DNA of 64,000 nt from an uncultured virus (IMG/VR IMGVR_UViG_2861330777_000001) (Duplodnaviria > Heunggongvirae > Uroviricota > Caudoviricetes). Positions within the stretch are counted from its first letter, which is position 1. Each line of letters opens with the position of its first letter. The stretch is from the IMG/VR virus record IMGVR_UViG_2861330777_000001. The stretch is one strand, 5' to 3'. The notes under the pieces were generated by a model. The model saw only the letters and a list, made by a program, of their open reading frames with translations, was not told the DNA's origin and did no database searches. Shown piece by piece: positions 1 through 8,237 of this stretch. The position numbers were made by a program, and so were the translations under genes.

Positions 1-2622
1 CTACGCTAGTAACGATTCAACTTCCGTCCAATGGCGCCCATACATTCGCGAGTGGCGTTTCGTTAAGAACGAGTTGTCATACTGCGGTAACCTTTCGGAC
101 GGTGGCGCGAGGCCCTTCAGCAAGAAAGCGTTCTGCCTTCGCCCACCAAATCGCGCTAGGAATATCGCATGATAGGCTTCCGTTTGCAGCGCCAGCTCAA
201 CGTCAAAGTTCGGCTTTAGCTGCGCTTCTAACTTTTCGAACACCTTCCGATTGTCGTTCGCGAAAAGGAACCAATTGATCCCGCCGCTAATTAAATCGTT
301 GTCTAAGTCGTATTTCAGCAAGTCGAAATGGTGGAACGCGAATATGCCCGCTAATCGCCACTTCGGTCCCTCCAGTACAATCCGTTGCATAAGCGCTTTT
401 AGTCCTGGCGTTAAGTATTGGTGAGGCTCGTTGAACACTATAAACGCGCTGCCTTCCGCTGGATCCATTAGAAGCTTCGTCATAAATATTTTAAGCGTCA
501 CCCAATGTATTAACGTTTTCGCCGACAATGCGCCGAGCTTACGATTCGGCACGCGAATAATGACGACCTTCCCTTCACGTATCCACTTCTCGAAATCAAT
601 CTCCGGCTTCGGTGCCTGCGCAAATATGCGGAATAAAGTATCGTCGCCGAGCATTTCGTCAAGCCGATTTAGGATTGCGCTGGCCTTACCGTCCAGAGTC
701 TTTTGACCATCGCGCAACACCTTCGGATTTCCTTTCGCATCTAGTCCGTATTCTGAAAGGTATTTTTCGAGGAAATGCGCCGTACGTACGTGACCGCCTT
801 TATGCAACTCCTTCGCCCTTTCTGCGCGAAACTCTTCGTCTTCCAACAGCCTCTTTATTTCGAACAAACTCCCGCCACTGGCTTTCGCGAACTCCCGCAG
901 AATAGAACGCGACTGCCCCATCGATTCCATATCGCCGAAGAAGTCGATTAGCTCCTGCGCAAAACGGTTTGTGCCGTTCGTGCCGAGCCGTTCGATAATT
1001 TCCGTCAAGTCCATCGGTACAGGGTAATCCGTGTCGCTTAGATCGAGGTCGATAATCTTATCCGCCGGCAAAGAGTCGCGCACGCCGTCCGCAAAGCCGC
1101 GCTCGCCATCTTCCATGATAGCGTCTATTACGAACGTAGCGATTCCGTGATTCAAGCACGCTTCGATCACAAGGTTTTTCGCCAATGTGTCTTTACCCAT
1201 ACGCGGAGCCCCAACGAGTCCGTAACTACGGAAAGTTTCGTCGAGGTTACTTGTCGGAATACATATCGGATGCTGGACGCCCTTCACTTCGCTATGCCCG
1301 ACTAAAACCCCGTTGCTTTTCGATTTGACCGCCTTAGGCTCTTCCTCCACCGAACGTATATTATTACTTCCGATATTCAACGTAATTCCACCTAACAGCA
1401 CGCCAGCCTTCGTCTCTTTATGTACAAGTACCGAAGGCACATCCGACTCAGCTTTTCGATTTACCGCGAGCTCTTCTTCGTATTTCTGCTGCACGGAAGA
1501 TGTCGGCAACATTAGCGCTACTTTCGCCAGTTCGTCGCAAGATAGTAACGAAACATCTCCGTCAGCTTTCGTACGATTAGATAGATGCAGCGTATTTAAT
1601 TCCGACACTACTTCCGCCTTGCGTGCTTTGATTCGAATCTTAGCCGGCCTTAATTCGTTATCGCCAGCTATTTCGCTGAACGCACTGCTTAACGTATTGG
1701 CGACGAGATTGCCGCGAAGCTTTTCGTCTGTAACCGTAGCCACGCGAATATGTGTCTTCCATACCGGCTGGTTGATTTTATTGGCGCTACGGTCGGAGAG
1801 GCGCGTTATATTCAGCTCGTCAAGCAACGCTGATTTTCGGTCGATGGCGGGCTTCTTTTCGTACACCTTTTCCGACTTAAAGAACGTATTGCTGACGGCA
1901 TTCAGCGTGTCGTTAAGCACGTCGTAAATCTCATTAAAGAACGTAATCAAGCCTCCTTTTAGCGCATTTCCTGCCTTGTCAGCCGTTAGTTTTGCGCGCT
2001 GAGGAACTTTACCCTTCGCAAGCTTTTCGTGCGCCCATGAGGCATTCTTCGCCCATTTAGCGCGGCTATAAACCTCGGAAATAACGGACAGCCTTGCGAA
2101 ATCTCCATCGTCGGATATATCGTCTAGTGCCGTAAGTATCGAAGCGATCGGCGAAGTCTGCTCCGTTTGATTCGTATGCATCGAAAATATGTCGTGACGG
2201 GCTAGGCGGAGTTCTTGCAAGGTCAGCTCGCCAGTTTGCGGGATTTCAAGCGCTTCGACTCCGACTTCCTCAACGGTCACACGCATATAGTTTTCGAGGA
2301 TTTCGCGAAACTTCTTCGCCCATAGCTCCGACGTACTTACGTAGAACTCGACCGTCTTTTTGCCGTCTGCACGGCGGAATACTACGTCGAACCAAATGGC
2401 GTCCTTTTCGCGATAAATAAAACGGAAACCACCTTCCGATTTGCTGAGTCGCGCCGGCAAACCTTCGTAAATTTCGTACATCTTATGAAGCACGCGCCAC
2501 ATTTTCGCATTGCCGTTGTTCGTAACCGAGATGTGTGGCGTAATGCGAAACGTCTTCATTTCGTTTTTCTGCAGTGCGAAGTAATCCGAAAGCTTAATTG
2601 CGTGCAACTTCCGATTGAACAT
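1..2622 (-). CDS. VirD4/TraG/HerA-like P-loop ATPase (about 873 aa)
   Basis: Walker A-like GAPRMGKD and Walker B-like FIVFNEPHQ; start moved to ATG 2622 behind GTAGGAGGT; TAG stop at 1-3. Confidence 0.7.
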   Translation of the reverse strand: MFNRKLHAIKLSDYFALQKNEMKTFRITPHISVTNNGNAKMWRVLHKMYEIYEGLPARLSKSEGGFRFIYREKDAIWFDVVFRRADGKKTVEFYVSTSELWAKKFREILENYMRVTVEEVGVEALEIPQTGELTLQELRLARHDIFSMHTNQTEQTSPIASILTALDDISDDGDFARLSVISEVYSRAKWAKNASWAHEKLAKGKVPQRAKLTADKAGNALKGGLITFFNEIYDVLNDTLNAVSNTFFKSEKVYEKKPAIDRKSALLDELNITRLSDRSANKINQPVWKTHIRVATVTDEKLRGNLVANTLSSAFSEIAGDNELRPAKIRIKARKAEVVSELNTLHLSNRTKADGDVSLLSCDELAKVALMLPTSSVQQKYEEELAVNRKAESDVPSVLVHKETKAGVLLGGITLNIGSNNIRSVEEEPKAVKSKSNGVLVGHSEVKGVQHPICIPTSNLDETFRSYGLVGAPRMGKDTLAKNLVIEACLNHGIATFVIDAIMEDGERGFADGVRDSLPADKIIDLDLSDTDYPVPMDLTEIIERLGTNGTNRFAQELIDFFGDMESMGQSRSILREFAKASGGSLFEIKRLLEDEEFRAERAKELHKGGHVRTAHFLEKYLSEYGLDAKGNPKVLRDGQKTLDGKASAILNRLDEMLGDDTLFRIFAQAPKPEIDFEKWIREGKVVIIRVPNRKLGALSAKTLIHWVTLKIFMTKLLMDPAEGSAFIVFNEPHQYLTPGLKALMQRIVLEGPKWRLAGIFAFHHFDLLKYDLDNDLISGGINWFLFANDNRKVFEKLEAQLKPNFDVELALQTEAYHAIFLARFGGRRQNAFLLKGLAPPSERLPQYDNSFLTKRHSRMYGRHWTEVESLLA

Positions 2623-2633
2623 ACGCCCACCTC

Positions 2634-3284
2634 CTACGAATTTGCGTTGATAATCCACACGATAACGCCCGTCATGCAGACGCTCCACCAGCCGAGCCAC
2701 TTGCCCGCCCTGCCTGTAACCATAATCAAAACGCCCACTGCAATCGTAAGAAATCCACCTATTTCCGGCATGGTTGCGGTTATTGCGTTTAGACCATCGT
2801 GAAGCATATCGACGAATGGATTAACGATAACTTCGACTTGCTTTCCGATGACCCAGTCCGCGAAATTGTTATACTGTTCGAGGAACCAATTTCCGCCACC
2901 TCCGCTGACCGCCGACACTTGTTCCGCAACAGGAGACGGATCAATCCACGCGCCAGCTCCGTCTTTCATAGCGTAGTGTAGATGCGGACCCGTCGAGTGG
3001 CCCGTATTTCCGCTCAAACCGATTACGTCGCCGGCGTGAAGCTTATCGCCAACCTTTACGCTAACATTGCTCATATGGCCGTAAATCGAAGTAGTCCCGT
3101 CCTGGTTAAGAATCTCAACGCCTTTGCCGAGGTTTTTTCCGCCGAAGTTCATAACCCTTTCGACAGTCCCGTCAGTAATCGTCCGTAGCGTGGTACCTTC
3201 GGGCATGGCGAAATCAATGCCGCGATGCACATGTCCGCGCACTTCCGATAATTCTCCGTAAGGACTTGTAATACGAAATTTCAT
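2634..3284 (-). CDS. M23 metallopeptidase with C-terminal membrane segments
   Basis: HRGID, YGHM and STGPHLH motifs; hydrophobic C-terminus. Confidence 0.9.
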   Translation of the reverse strand: MKFRITSPYGELSEVRGHVHRGIDFAMPEGTTLRTITDGTVERVMNFGGKNLGKGVEILNQDGTTSIYGHMSNVSVKVGDKLHAGDVIGLSGNTGHSTGPHLHYAMKDGAGAWIDPSPVAEQVSAVSGGGGNWFLEQYNNFADWVIGKQVEVIVNPFVDMLHDGLNAITATMPEIGGFLTIAVGVLIMVTGRAGKWLGWWSVCMTGVIVWIINANS

Positions 3285-3299
3285 ACTGCCGCCCTCCTT

Positions 3300-3677
3300 T
3301 CACAACGTTTTCAAAAAGTCGCGCACATCTATCGCATGTCTTGCAAGCGTATAGCCCGCCGAGCCACCGATGATTAATTCGAGCGCCTTGCCGCGGTGCC
3401 CGAACATCCACGAAACACCTGCGAATATGAATACGCCAACCACAATCCAATCAACAATATTCATGACCGCTGACCATACGTTGCCGAAGGTTGCGTCAGC
3501 CGATGCCGCTAGCGCTTGCTTTGGCGCCATTGCAAGGAATAGCCCTCCTCCAATCGCGACGAATTTTAGCACGGATAAGTCCGCCTTTTCTAGCCTTGCC
3601 GTAATGCTTGCCGTTGATTTCTTCGTGAGCTTCCCGCGCATAAAGTCGTTGAAATCCAACGTTTGTAATCTCGCCAT
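3300..3677 (-). CDS. TrbC/VirB2 pilin-like membrane protein
   Basis: Signal-like segment ending ALAA followed by two hydrophobic helices (IVDWIVVGVFIFAGVSWMFG; ALELIIGG). Confidence 0.55.
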   Translation of the reverse strand: MARLQTLDFNDFMRGKLTKKSTASITARLEKADLSVLKFVAIGGGLFLAMAPKQALAASADATFGNVWSAVMNIVDWIVVGVFIFAGVSWMFGHRGKALELIIGGSAGYTLARHAIDVRDFLKTL

Positions 3678-3695
3678 TTTGCCCGCCCCTTTTCC

Positions 3696-3725
3696 GTATA
3701 CTTTCGTTATAGCGTGCGCATACTA
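3696..3725 (+). promoter_or_regulatory. SigG-type (forespore) promoter
   Basis: GTATA-N18-CATACTA matches the B. subtilis SigG consensus. Confidence 0.65.
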
Positions 3726-3757
3726 ATCGTAAATCCCGCGAAAGGAGTTATCCGCCC

Positions 3758-3826
3758 ATGTTTATTTTGCTTGGCGTCACTGCTGGTGCGCTTATAGGTA
3801 CGTTAGTTAACGTACTTGTCGGCTAA
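3758..3826 (+). CDS. 22-aa hydrophobic micropeptide MFILLGVTAGALIGTLVNVLVG
   Basis: AAAGGAG RBS at 3741-3747, ATG to TAA, downstream of the SigG-type promoter; absent from ORF track. Confidence 0.65.
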   Translation: MFILLGVTAGALIGTLVNVLVG

Positions 3827-3839
3827 AAAATTCGCCCCA

Positions 3840-4013
3840 TTAATCGAGGGCGTCCGTATCCATATCGCGCTGAATCAGCATTTTTATATATGCGGAAAAG
3901 TTCGTAAATTGTAGCGAGTATTCGTAAATCTTCCGCTGGTGCGGATCGTTATAATTAAATGCAACTGGACGTCGTCGAATATCCTTCGGCGTCTTCGGTT
4001 TGTTCTCGACCAT
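3840..4013 (-). CDS. Small ribbon-helix-helix-like regulator (57 aa)
   Basis: PVAFN...NFSAYIKMLIQRDM pattern; RBS GAAAGGTGG before ATG 4013. Confidence 0.55.
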   Translation of the reverse strand: MVENKPKTPKDIRRRPVAFNYNDPHQRKIYEYSLQFTNFSAYIKMLIQRDMDTDALD

Positions 4014-4257
4014 GTGACCGCCACCTTTCGTAGTTGCGCACTGGTTAATAACCATCGCCTAATTTAATACTACGGTGGGCCTCGACAAAACTTGCATGTA
4101 CTACGGAAATTTATTCGAAAAAGTTGCGGAAATAGGTCGTTCGGGGTTGTACGGAAGGGTATACGTAAGTGGCGTAGGAAGCTTATCGCGCTTGCGCTTA
4201 CGAGTAAGCATATGCGGAGGTTTGCGGATTATTGCGTGTCCTGGCGAAAAAAGGCAC

Positions 4258-4306
4258 AAAAAAAAGTGCCCCAACCGTACGGAAGATGTCCGCATAGGTC
4301 GAGGCT
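4258..4306 (-). terminator. Intrinsic terminator after the 4305-4682 gene
   Basis: GC-rich hairpin followed by T9 on the minus strand. Confidence 0.65.
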
Positions 4307-4682
4307 AGTAATTAATCAAACGTTTATCGCTTCCGTAAATATAGATGAAATATGAATCCTTTTCGAGCGTGAGGTCGCCCTTGCGTTCTTTTAGTGCCGC
4401 TTTAACGGAGGCTTCTAAATCTTTCGCAGTTTCCGCGACATACTGCTTACTGCTCGGAACTCTGAGCCTTACGATAATAGCATCGTTCGAATAGTCTACT
4501 TCGATAGAAACAACGCTGCCGCTCGCTACTTCTTCGGCGAGTATTTCGCCATCATGCGCCGAGCGTTCTTCGTCTGTCAATCCGGATGCAGACATCGGCG
4601 CTGTTTTATCATCGCTCCATACCGAAACTACACCGATAATTACTAGCATCGCAATTACCATAAACGGGACCTTTATTTTCAT
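4305..4682 (-). CDS. Membrane-anchored hypothetical protein (moron-like)
   Basis: N-terminal hydrophobic helix; own SigA-like promoter TTGCGT-N17-TAAAAT at 4743-4715 and own terminator. Confidence 0.7.
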   Translation of the reverse strand: MKIKVPFMVIAMLVIIGVVSVWSDDKTAPMSASGLTDEERSAHDGEILAEEVASGSVVSIEVDYSNDAIIVRLRVPSSKQYVAETAKDLEASVKAALKERKGDLTLEKDSYFIYIYGSDKRLINY

Positions 4683-4784
4683 GGCGAAATCACTCCGTTC
4701 AAAATTGTTACCTAATTTTACCGCATATACCATATGTACGCAAGCGCCTGCGTATTAGTACCGCAAGCCCTCCGGCGACTTTCG

Positions 4785-5006
4785 TTATTTACTCCGAGCC
4801 TTTCGGGTCACATCGTTATTCTTCCAATATGCCCACAGTGACGCCCCGCCGAGGAACGCCAAGTTAATGAACGTCGCCACGCCTTCTTCGTCGACAGGTA
4901 TCGTCTGCACGCCCGCCATGTTTAGCGCAGTATTAATGAGAGCCAGCGCCAACAGTACGAACCTCGTCACCGTGCCTGCCGAAATATTTCGCGTTCTTTC
5001 CGCCAT
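4785..5006 (-). CDS. Holin, SPP1 family
   Basis: AGTVTRFVLLALALIN...WAYWKNNDVT signature; adjacent to endolysin. Confidence 0.9.
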   Translation of the reverse strand: MAERTRNISAGTVTRFVLLALALINTALNMAGVQTIPVDEEGVATFINLAFLGGASLWAYWKNNDVTRKARSK

Positions 5007-5007
5007 C

Positions 5008-5724
5008 TTACTTCGCCCCCTTCGTAGCCATTCGATGTAGCATCGCCCATACTTGTTGACGCGTCACGTTTTCGAACGGGTCACTGCCGTCAGAAATGCC
5101 CTGCGCAATAACCCATTCTTGCGCCTCTCTCGCGTAAACACTTGCGATTTGCGGTTTTGCCTGCGTCTTTACTTGCGCAACTACCTGCGCTGCGACAACT
5201 ACTCCCTTCGCTTTCTTACCGCTGATTGATTCCGCGATTGCCTCGCAGATTGCCTCGAAATTATTCTTGTACGCAGTGACATCCGCCTTACTATCTACGA
5301 AGCACACCTCGATAAGTATGGCGGGCTTATTCGTCCGTTTAAGGAAGCCGAGGTCGGTCCGCTTCTTTGCTCCTCGATCTTTTAGCCCGCCAGCCTTCGC
5401 AATAGCCGCAGAAACTTTCGCCGCTAACGCTTTGGTCCCGTCGGAATAATAAAGGACTTCGACGCCCCTCGCTGCGTCCGTAGCGCTTGCCGCGTTAAAG
5501 TGAACGGAGACGTCCAGGTCGCGCGCCTGCTTGTTGTGAAACGCCACGATTCCGTTTATATTTGCGGTCTGTGTGCGGGAAGTATTATCATGGTATTCGG
5601 TGGCGCCAAGCAATTCGGCAACTTTCGAAGCAACCCGCCGCGCCTCGACCACCTCGTCAATTATTCCACAGGCACCCCGAACGTAAAGTGAGTGTCCACT
5701 CGAAATTACAACTTCTACAATCAT
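5008..5724 (-). CDS. Endolysin, N-acetylmuramoyl-L-alanine amidase (Amidase_3) with SLH-like C-terminus
   Basis: SSGH, SVHFNA and ILIEVCFVD motifs; VTRQQVWAML tail. Confidence 0.93.
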   Translation of the reverse strand: MIVEVVISSGHSLYVRGACGIIDEVVEARRVASKVAELLGATEYHDNTSRTQTANINGIVAFHNKQARDLDVSVHFNAASATDAARGVEVLYYSDGTKALAAKVSAAIAKAGGLKDRGAKKRTDLGFLKRTNKPAILIEVCFVDSKADVTAYKNNFEAICEAIAESISGKKAKGVVVAAQVVAQVKTQAKPQIASVYAREAQEWVIAQGISDGSDPFENVTRQQVWAMLHRMATKGAK

Positions 5725-5820
5725 TTCGCATTCCCCTTTCGGATAATTATGTGCTATAATACCGTTAAGGTCGGCGCCGTGATTTTCGTTGTCTAGGCGT
5801 AAGCACGGCTTGCCGACTGC

Positions 5821-6075
5821 CTATTTGAAAACCGCAATCGCCACCGTCACAATTAGTCCAACCACCGTCAGCATTACGCCCCAAATCCACTTCGAATTCG
5901 CCTTCATGTCACGTATATCTTCGCGGTTATCTAGTCCGATTTGCTTCGCCTCGTCTGCGATAGTTTTCGCCTGTTCCGCCGTGTGCTTAACTTCATTCAG
6001 ATAGTCGACTTTCGTATCAATACGCACGAGCCATTCGCGTAATTCTGCGATGTCGCGCGAGATTGGTTCCGCCAT
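5821..6075 (-). CDS. XhlA-like lysis protein
   Basis: Coiled coil plus C-terminal TM (KWIWGVMLTVVGLIV); position in lysis cassette; start moved to ATG 6075. Confidence 0.8.
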   Translation of the reverse strand: MAEPISRDIAELREWLVRIDTKVDYLNEVKHTAEQAKTIADEAKQIGLDNREDIRDMKANSKWIWGVMLTVVGLIVTVAIAVFK

Positions 6076-6150
6076 GTGCTTCGCCCTCCTTTCGGTGAAA
6101 TCGAAAAAGGCGCCCAAGGTGGACGCTAGTTGTGTCGTTTAATCTTCCTG

Positions 6151-6261
6151 TTATGCATTATCCGCAGCTAATTTAGCGTTTACTTGCTCTAAATAGCGAT
6201 CCGGTACCTCACTAATATCACTTAGTCCGAGCTTTACTTTCGTATACCATAAAGTAACCAT
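6151..6261 (-). CDS. 36-aa XkdX/CD1375-like tail-associated protein
   Basis: MVTLWYTKVKLGLSDISEVPDRYLEQVNAKLAADNA; directly follows the 6265 gene; absent from ORF track. Confidence 0.7.
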   Translation of the reverse strand: MVTLWYTKVKLGLSDISEVPDRYLEQVNAKLAADNA

Positions 6262-6264
6262 GAA

Positions 6265-6636
6265 TTATTCCCCTTTCAAAGTAGCAATTTCAGACTTCAG
6301 TATTTCGATTTCCGTTAATGCTAATGCTAATGTTTCCGCAATTGCTGTAGCATCCTCTAATGTATAAGCCGCTACTATTGCCACTTCTTCTACATCCTCT
6401 TTCAACGTTACATTTTCTTGCAGTAACCGTTTAGCGTTAGGATTATTCCGAATTGCAGAATGTGAAAGCGAGTTCTTATATTCATCAACTAAATTAATGA
6501 ATATCGTATTCGCAAATTCGTCACCAACTTCGAAGATTGTAGATATAGCGTAGTCGTATCCTCCTTTTAAAACAGGTACCGTACTATGAATCTCAACAAC
6601 TTGCTTAGAGTGTATTTCGTATTCCAGATAAACCAT
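6265..6636 (-). CDS. XkdW-like tail fibre-associated protein
   Basis: Position between fibre genes and XkdX-like gene; C-terminal coiled coil. Confidence 0.55.
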   Translation of the reverse strand: MVYLEYEIHSKQVVEIHSTVPVLKGGYDYAISTIFEVGDEFANTIFINLVDEYKNSLSHSAIRNNPNAKRLLQENVTLKEDVEEVAIVAAYTLEDATAIAETLALALTEIEILKSEIATLKGE

Positions 6637-6647
6637 TCGTCATCCCC

Positions 6648-7247
6648 CTATTCGATTGTAATTTTTCTAATGTGGGCATAATTATCATTCACATCTGTAT
6701 TTGTAGCGTTTAATCTAATATAAAAATCTCCACTTAAACTAGACACATCTAATTCGAGAGTTATGTTTGAAGATACTCCAGTTTTAAAATAGCTGGTTCT
6801 TGCATTATAAACAGTAGCAAGTCCTGTTTGTTGTGTGCTGACGATTAAATATAGTGGATTATTCTGTGTTGATGTGCCTAAACGTATCTCTGCAAATTCG
6901 ACCGTTACTTTAGATGCACTTGTTAAATCGTACATTTCAGGAGTGTACATAGCAAAACTTCTTGATGACCCAGCTCCATCAGAATCACATCTGAAATTGA
7001 AATTAAGAGTTTGCTCGGAATAAGCAATACTTGCAATTGTTTGTGTTCGAGATTTATACAGTCCCCAAGATACGTTTGAAATTCCGTTGATATATAGATT
7101 AATAATGTATTGGATAAAATCTTTCCAAACGCCACTTATATTACCTTTAGGAATTACTCTTTGTTTCCATACGCCGTTAATATTTTGCCAAACATTAACG
7201 GCTTTTTTCCATGTCCCCGCCGTTTTAAACCATGTGTTTTTCGCCAT
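6648..7247 (-). CDS. Putative receptor-binding or tail fibre tip protein
   Basis: N-terminal GxWK repeats, beta-rich C-terminus, AT-rich DNA, follows fibre gene. Confidence 0.6.
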   Translation of the reverse strand: MAKNTWFKTAGTWKKAVNVWQNINGVWKQRVIPKGNISGVWKDFIQYIINLYINGISNVSWGLYKSRTQTIASIAYSEQTLNFNFRCDSDGAGSSRSFAMYTPEMYDLTSASKVTVEFAEIRLGTSTQNNPLYLIVSTQQTGLATVYNARTSYFKTGVSSNITLELDVSSLSGDFYIRLNATNTDVNDNYAHIRKITIE

Positions 7248-7255
7248 ACTATCAC

Positions 7256-7681
7256 CTACTCGTATTGAAAGTAAATGTCGCCATCTACTCCGCCTGTAGG
7301 ATCAGCAGTGCCGAATGTAATTTTTCTTCGATTTTCCACTGGTAAAGCAGCCTGTTTTCCGTTAGCTAAATCATATGCTGCCTTTACTGCTTTCGGAGTT
7401 GCCGCCATTGATTCATCTGCACTATTCGTGGCGTTGGACAACTGAACATGACCTTTATCTGCTAAGGTTGCTACTTCAGTCTTATGCGCCGAAACCTCCG
7501 CCTTTGTCGCAAGCGCGCTAGTATCTACACCGATCACCTTACCGTTTGCATCAAGCGTCGCCAACCCTCCAGCCACGCCCACCTTCGCATCTACCGCGTT
7601 AGCCAGCGCATTCACATCGCGAACCACGTCCGTGGACATATTGCCAGTTACGATCGGTAATCCTAATTTTGACGTAGTCAT
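7256..7681 (-). CDS. Tail fibre protein
   Basis: KGHVQLSNAT...AATPKAVKAAYDLA fibre repeat; PTGGVDGDIYFQY C-terminus. Confidence 0.85.
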   Translation of the reverse strand: MTTSKLGLPIVTGNMSTDVVRDVNALANAVDAKVGVAGGLATLDANGKVIGVDTSALATKAEVSAHKTEVATLADKGHVQLSNATNSADESMAATPKAVKAAYDLANGKQAALPVENRRKITFGTADPTGGVDGDIYFQYE

Positions 7682-7694
7682 TTCTCGTCCTCCT

Positions 7695-8237
7695 TTATGT
7701 TATAAGTAATTCTGCGTAAGTCAGTCCGCTCGCTTTAAGTGCATCGTAGTTTACATATTTTTCCCTTAATTGGTTATAAGTCACGTAAGTAAACTCAAAC
7801 CCCACGATTAGATGTGCCGGAATAATATCGCGCAACGCCTGCTGAATGTCAGCGAGGTTTGCGGGCACGCCGAGCTTCCCGACGAACTTTACCGTTATCG
7901 TGTAGTTAGGCGAATCCTCGATAATCTCAACCTCGCCGTTCGCGTAAGATTCCGCCACGTTCTTAATCATTCCTACCGTGACCGTACCGATTCCGCGAAG
8001 CTTCGACCTCAGCAATTCTCGGCGTTGGTTAATCGGCTTACTTTCGTTGACAGGTATTCCGCAAAGCCACTCCCAAAACGCGAGCCCCCACGTTGCAGTA
8101 TCGATGTAAAATTGCGCAAGAACATCGGCCGCATCTTCGTTGAACTGCTCGAACGCTTCTGACTCCGCTTTAATAATTGCGTTGACCTCGCGAATATCTT
8201 CGTAATACTTCGGCAAATAATCGCTCATTTCTCTCAC
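7695..8237 (-). CDS. Baseplate wedge protein, XkdU/YmfQ-like
   Basis: TATWGLAFWE and IIPAHL motifs; follows baseplate J. Confidence 0.85.
   Translation of the reverse strand: MREMSDYLPKYYEDIREVNAIIKAESEAFEQFNEDAADVLAQFYIDTATWGLAFWEWLCGIPVNESKPINQRRELLRSKLRGIGTVTVGMIKNVAESYANGEVEIIEDSPNYTITVKFVGKLGVPANLADIQQALRDIIPAHLIVGFEFTYVTYNQLREKYVNYDALKASGLTYAELLIT

Noticed and set aside
6265..7681. Diversity-generating retroelement or invertible tail-fibre cassette
   Set aside because: No reverse transcriptase, duplicated template region or inverted alternative fibre ends seen
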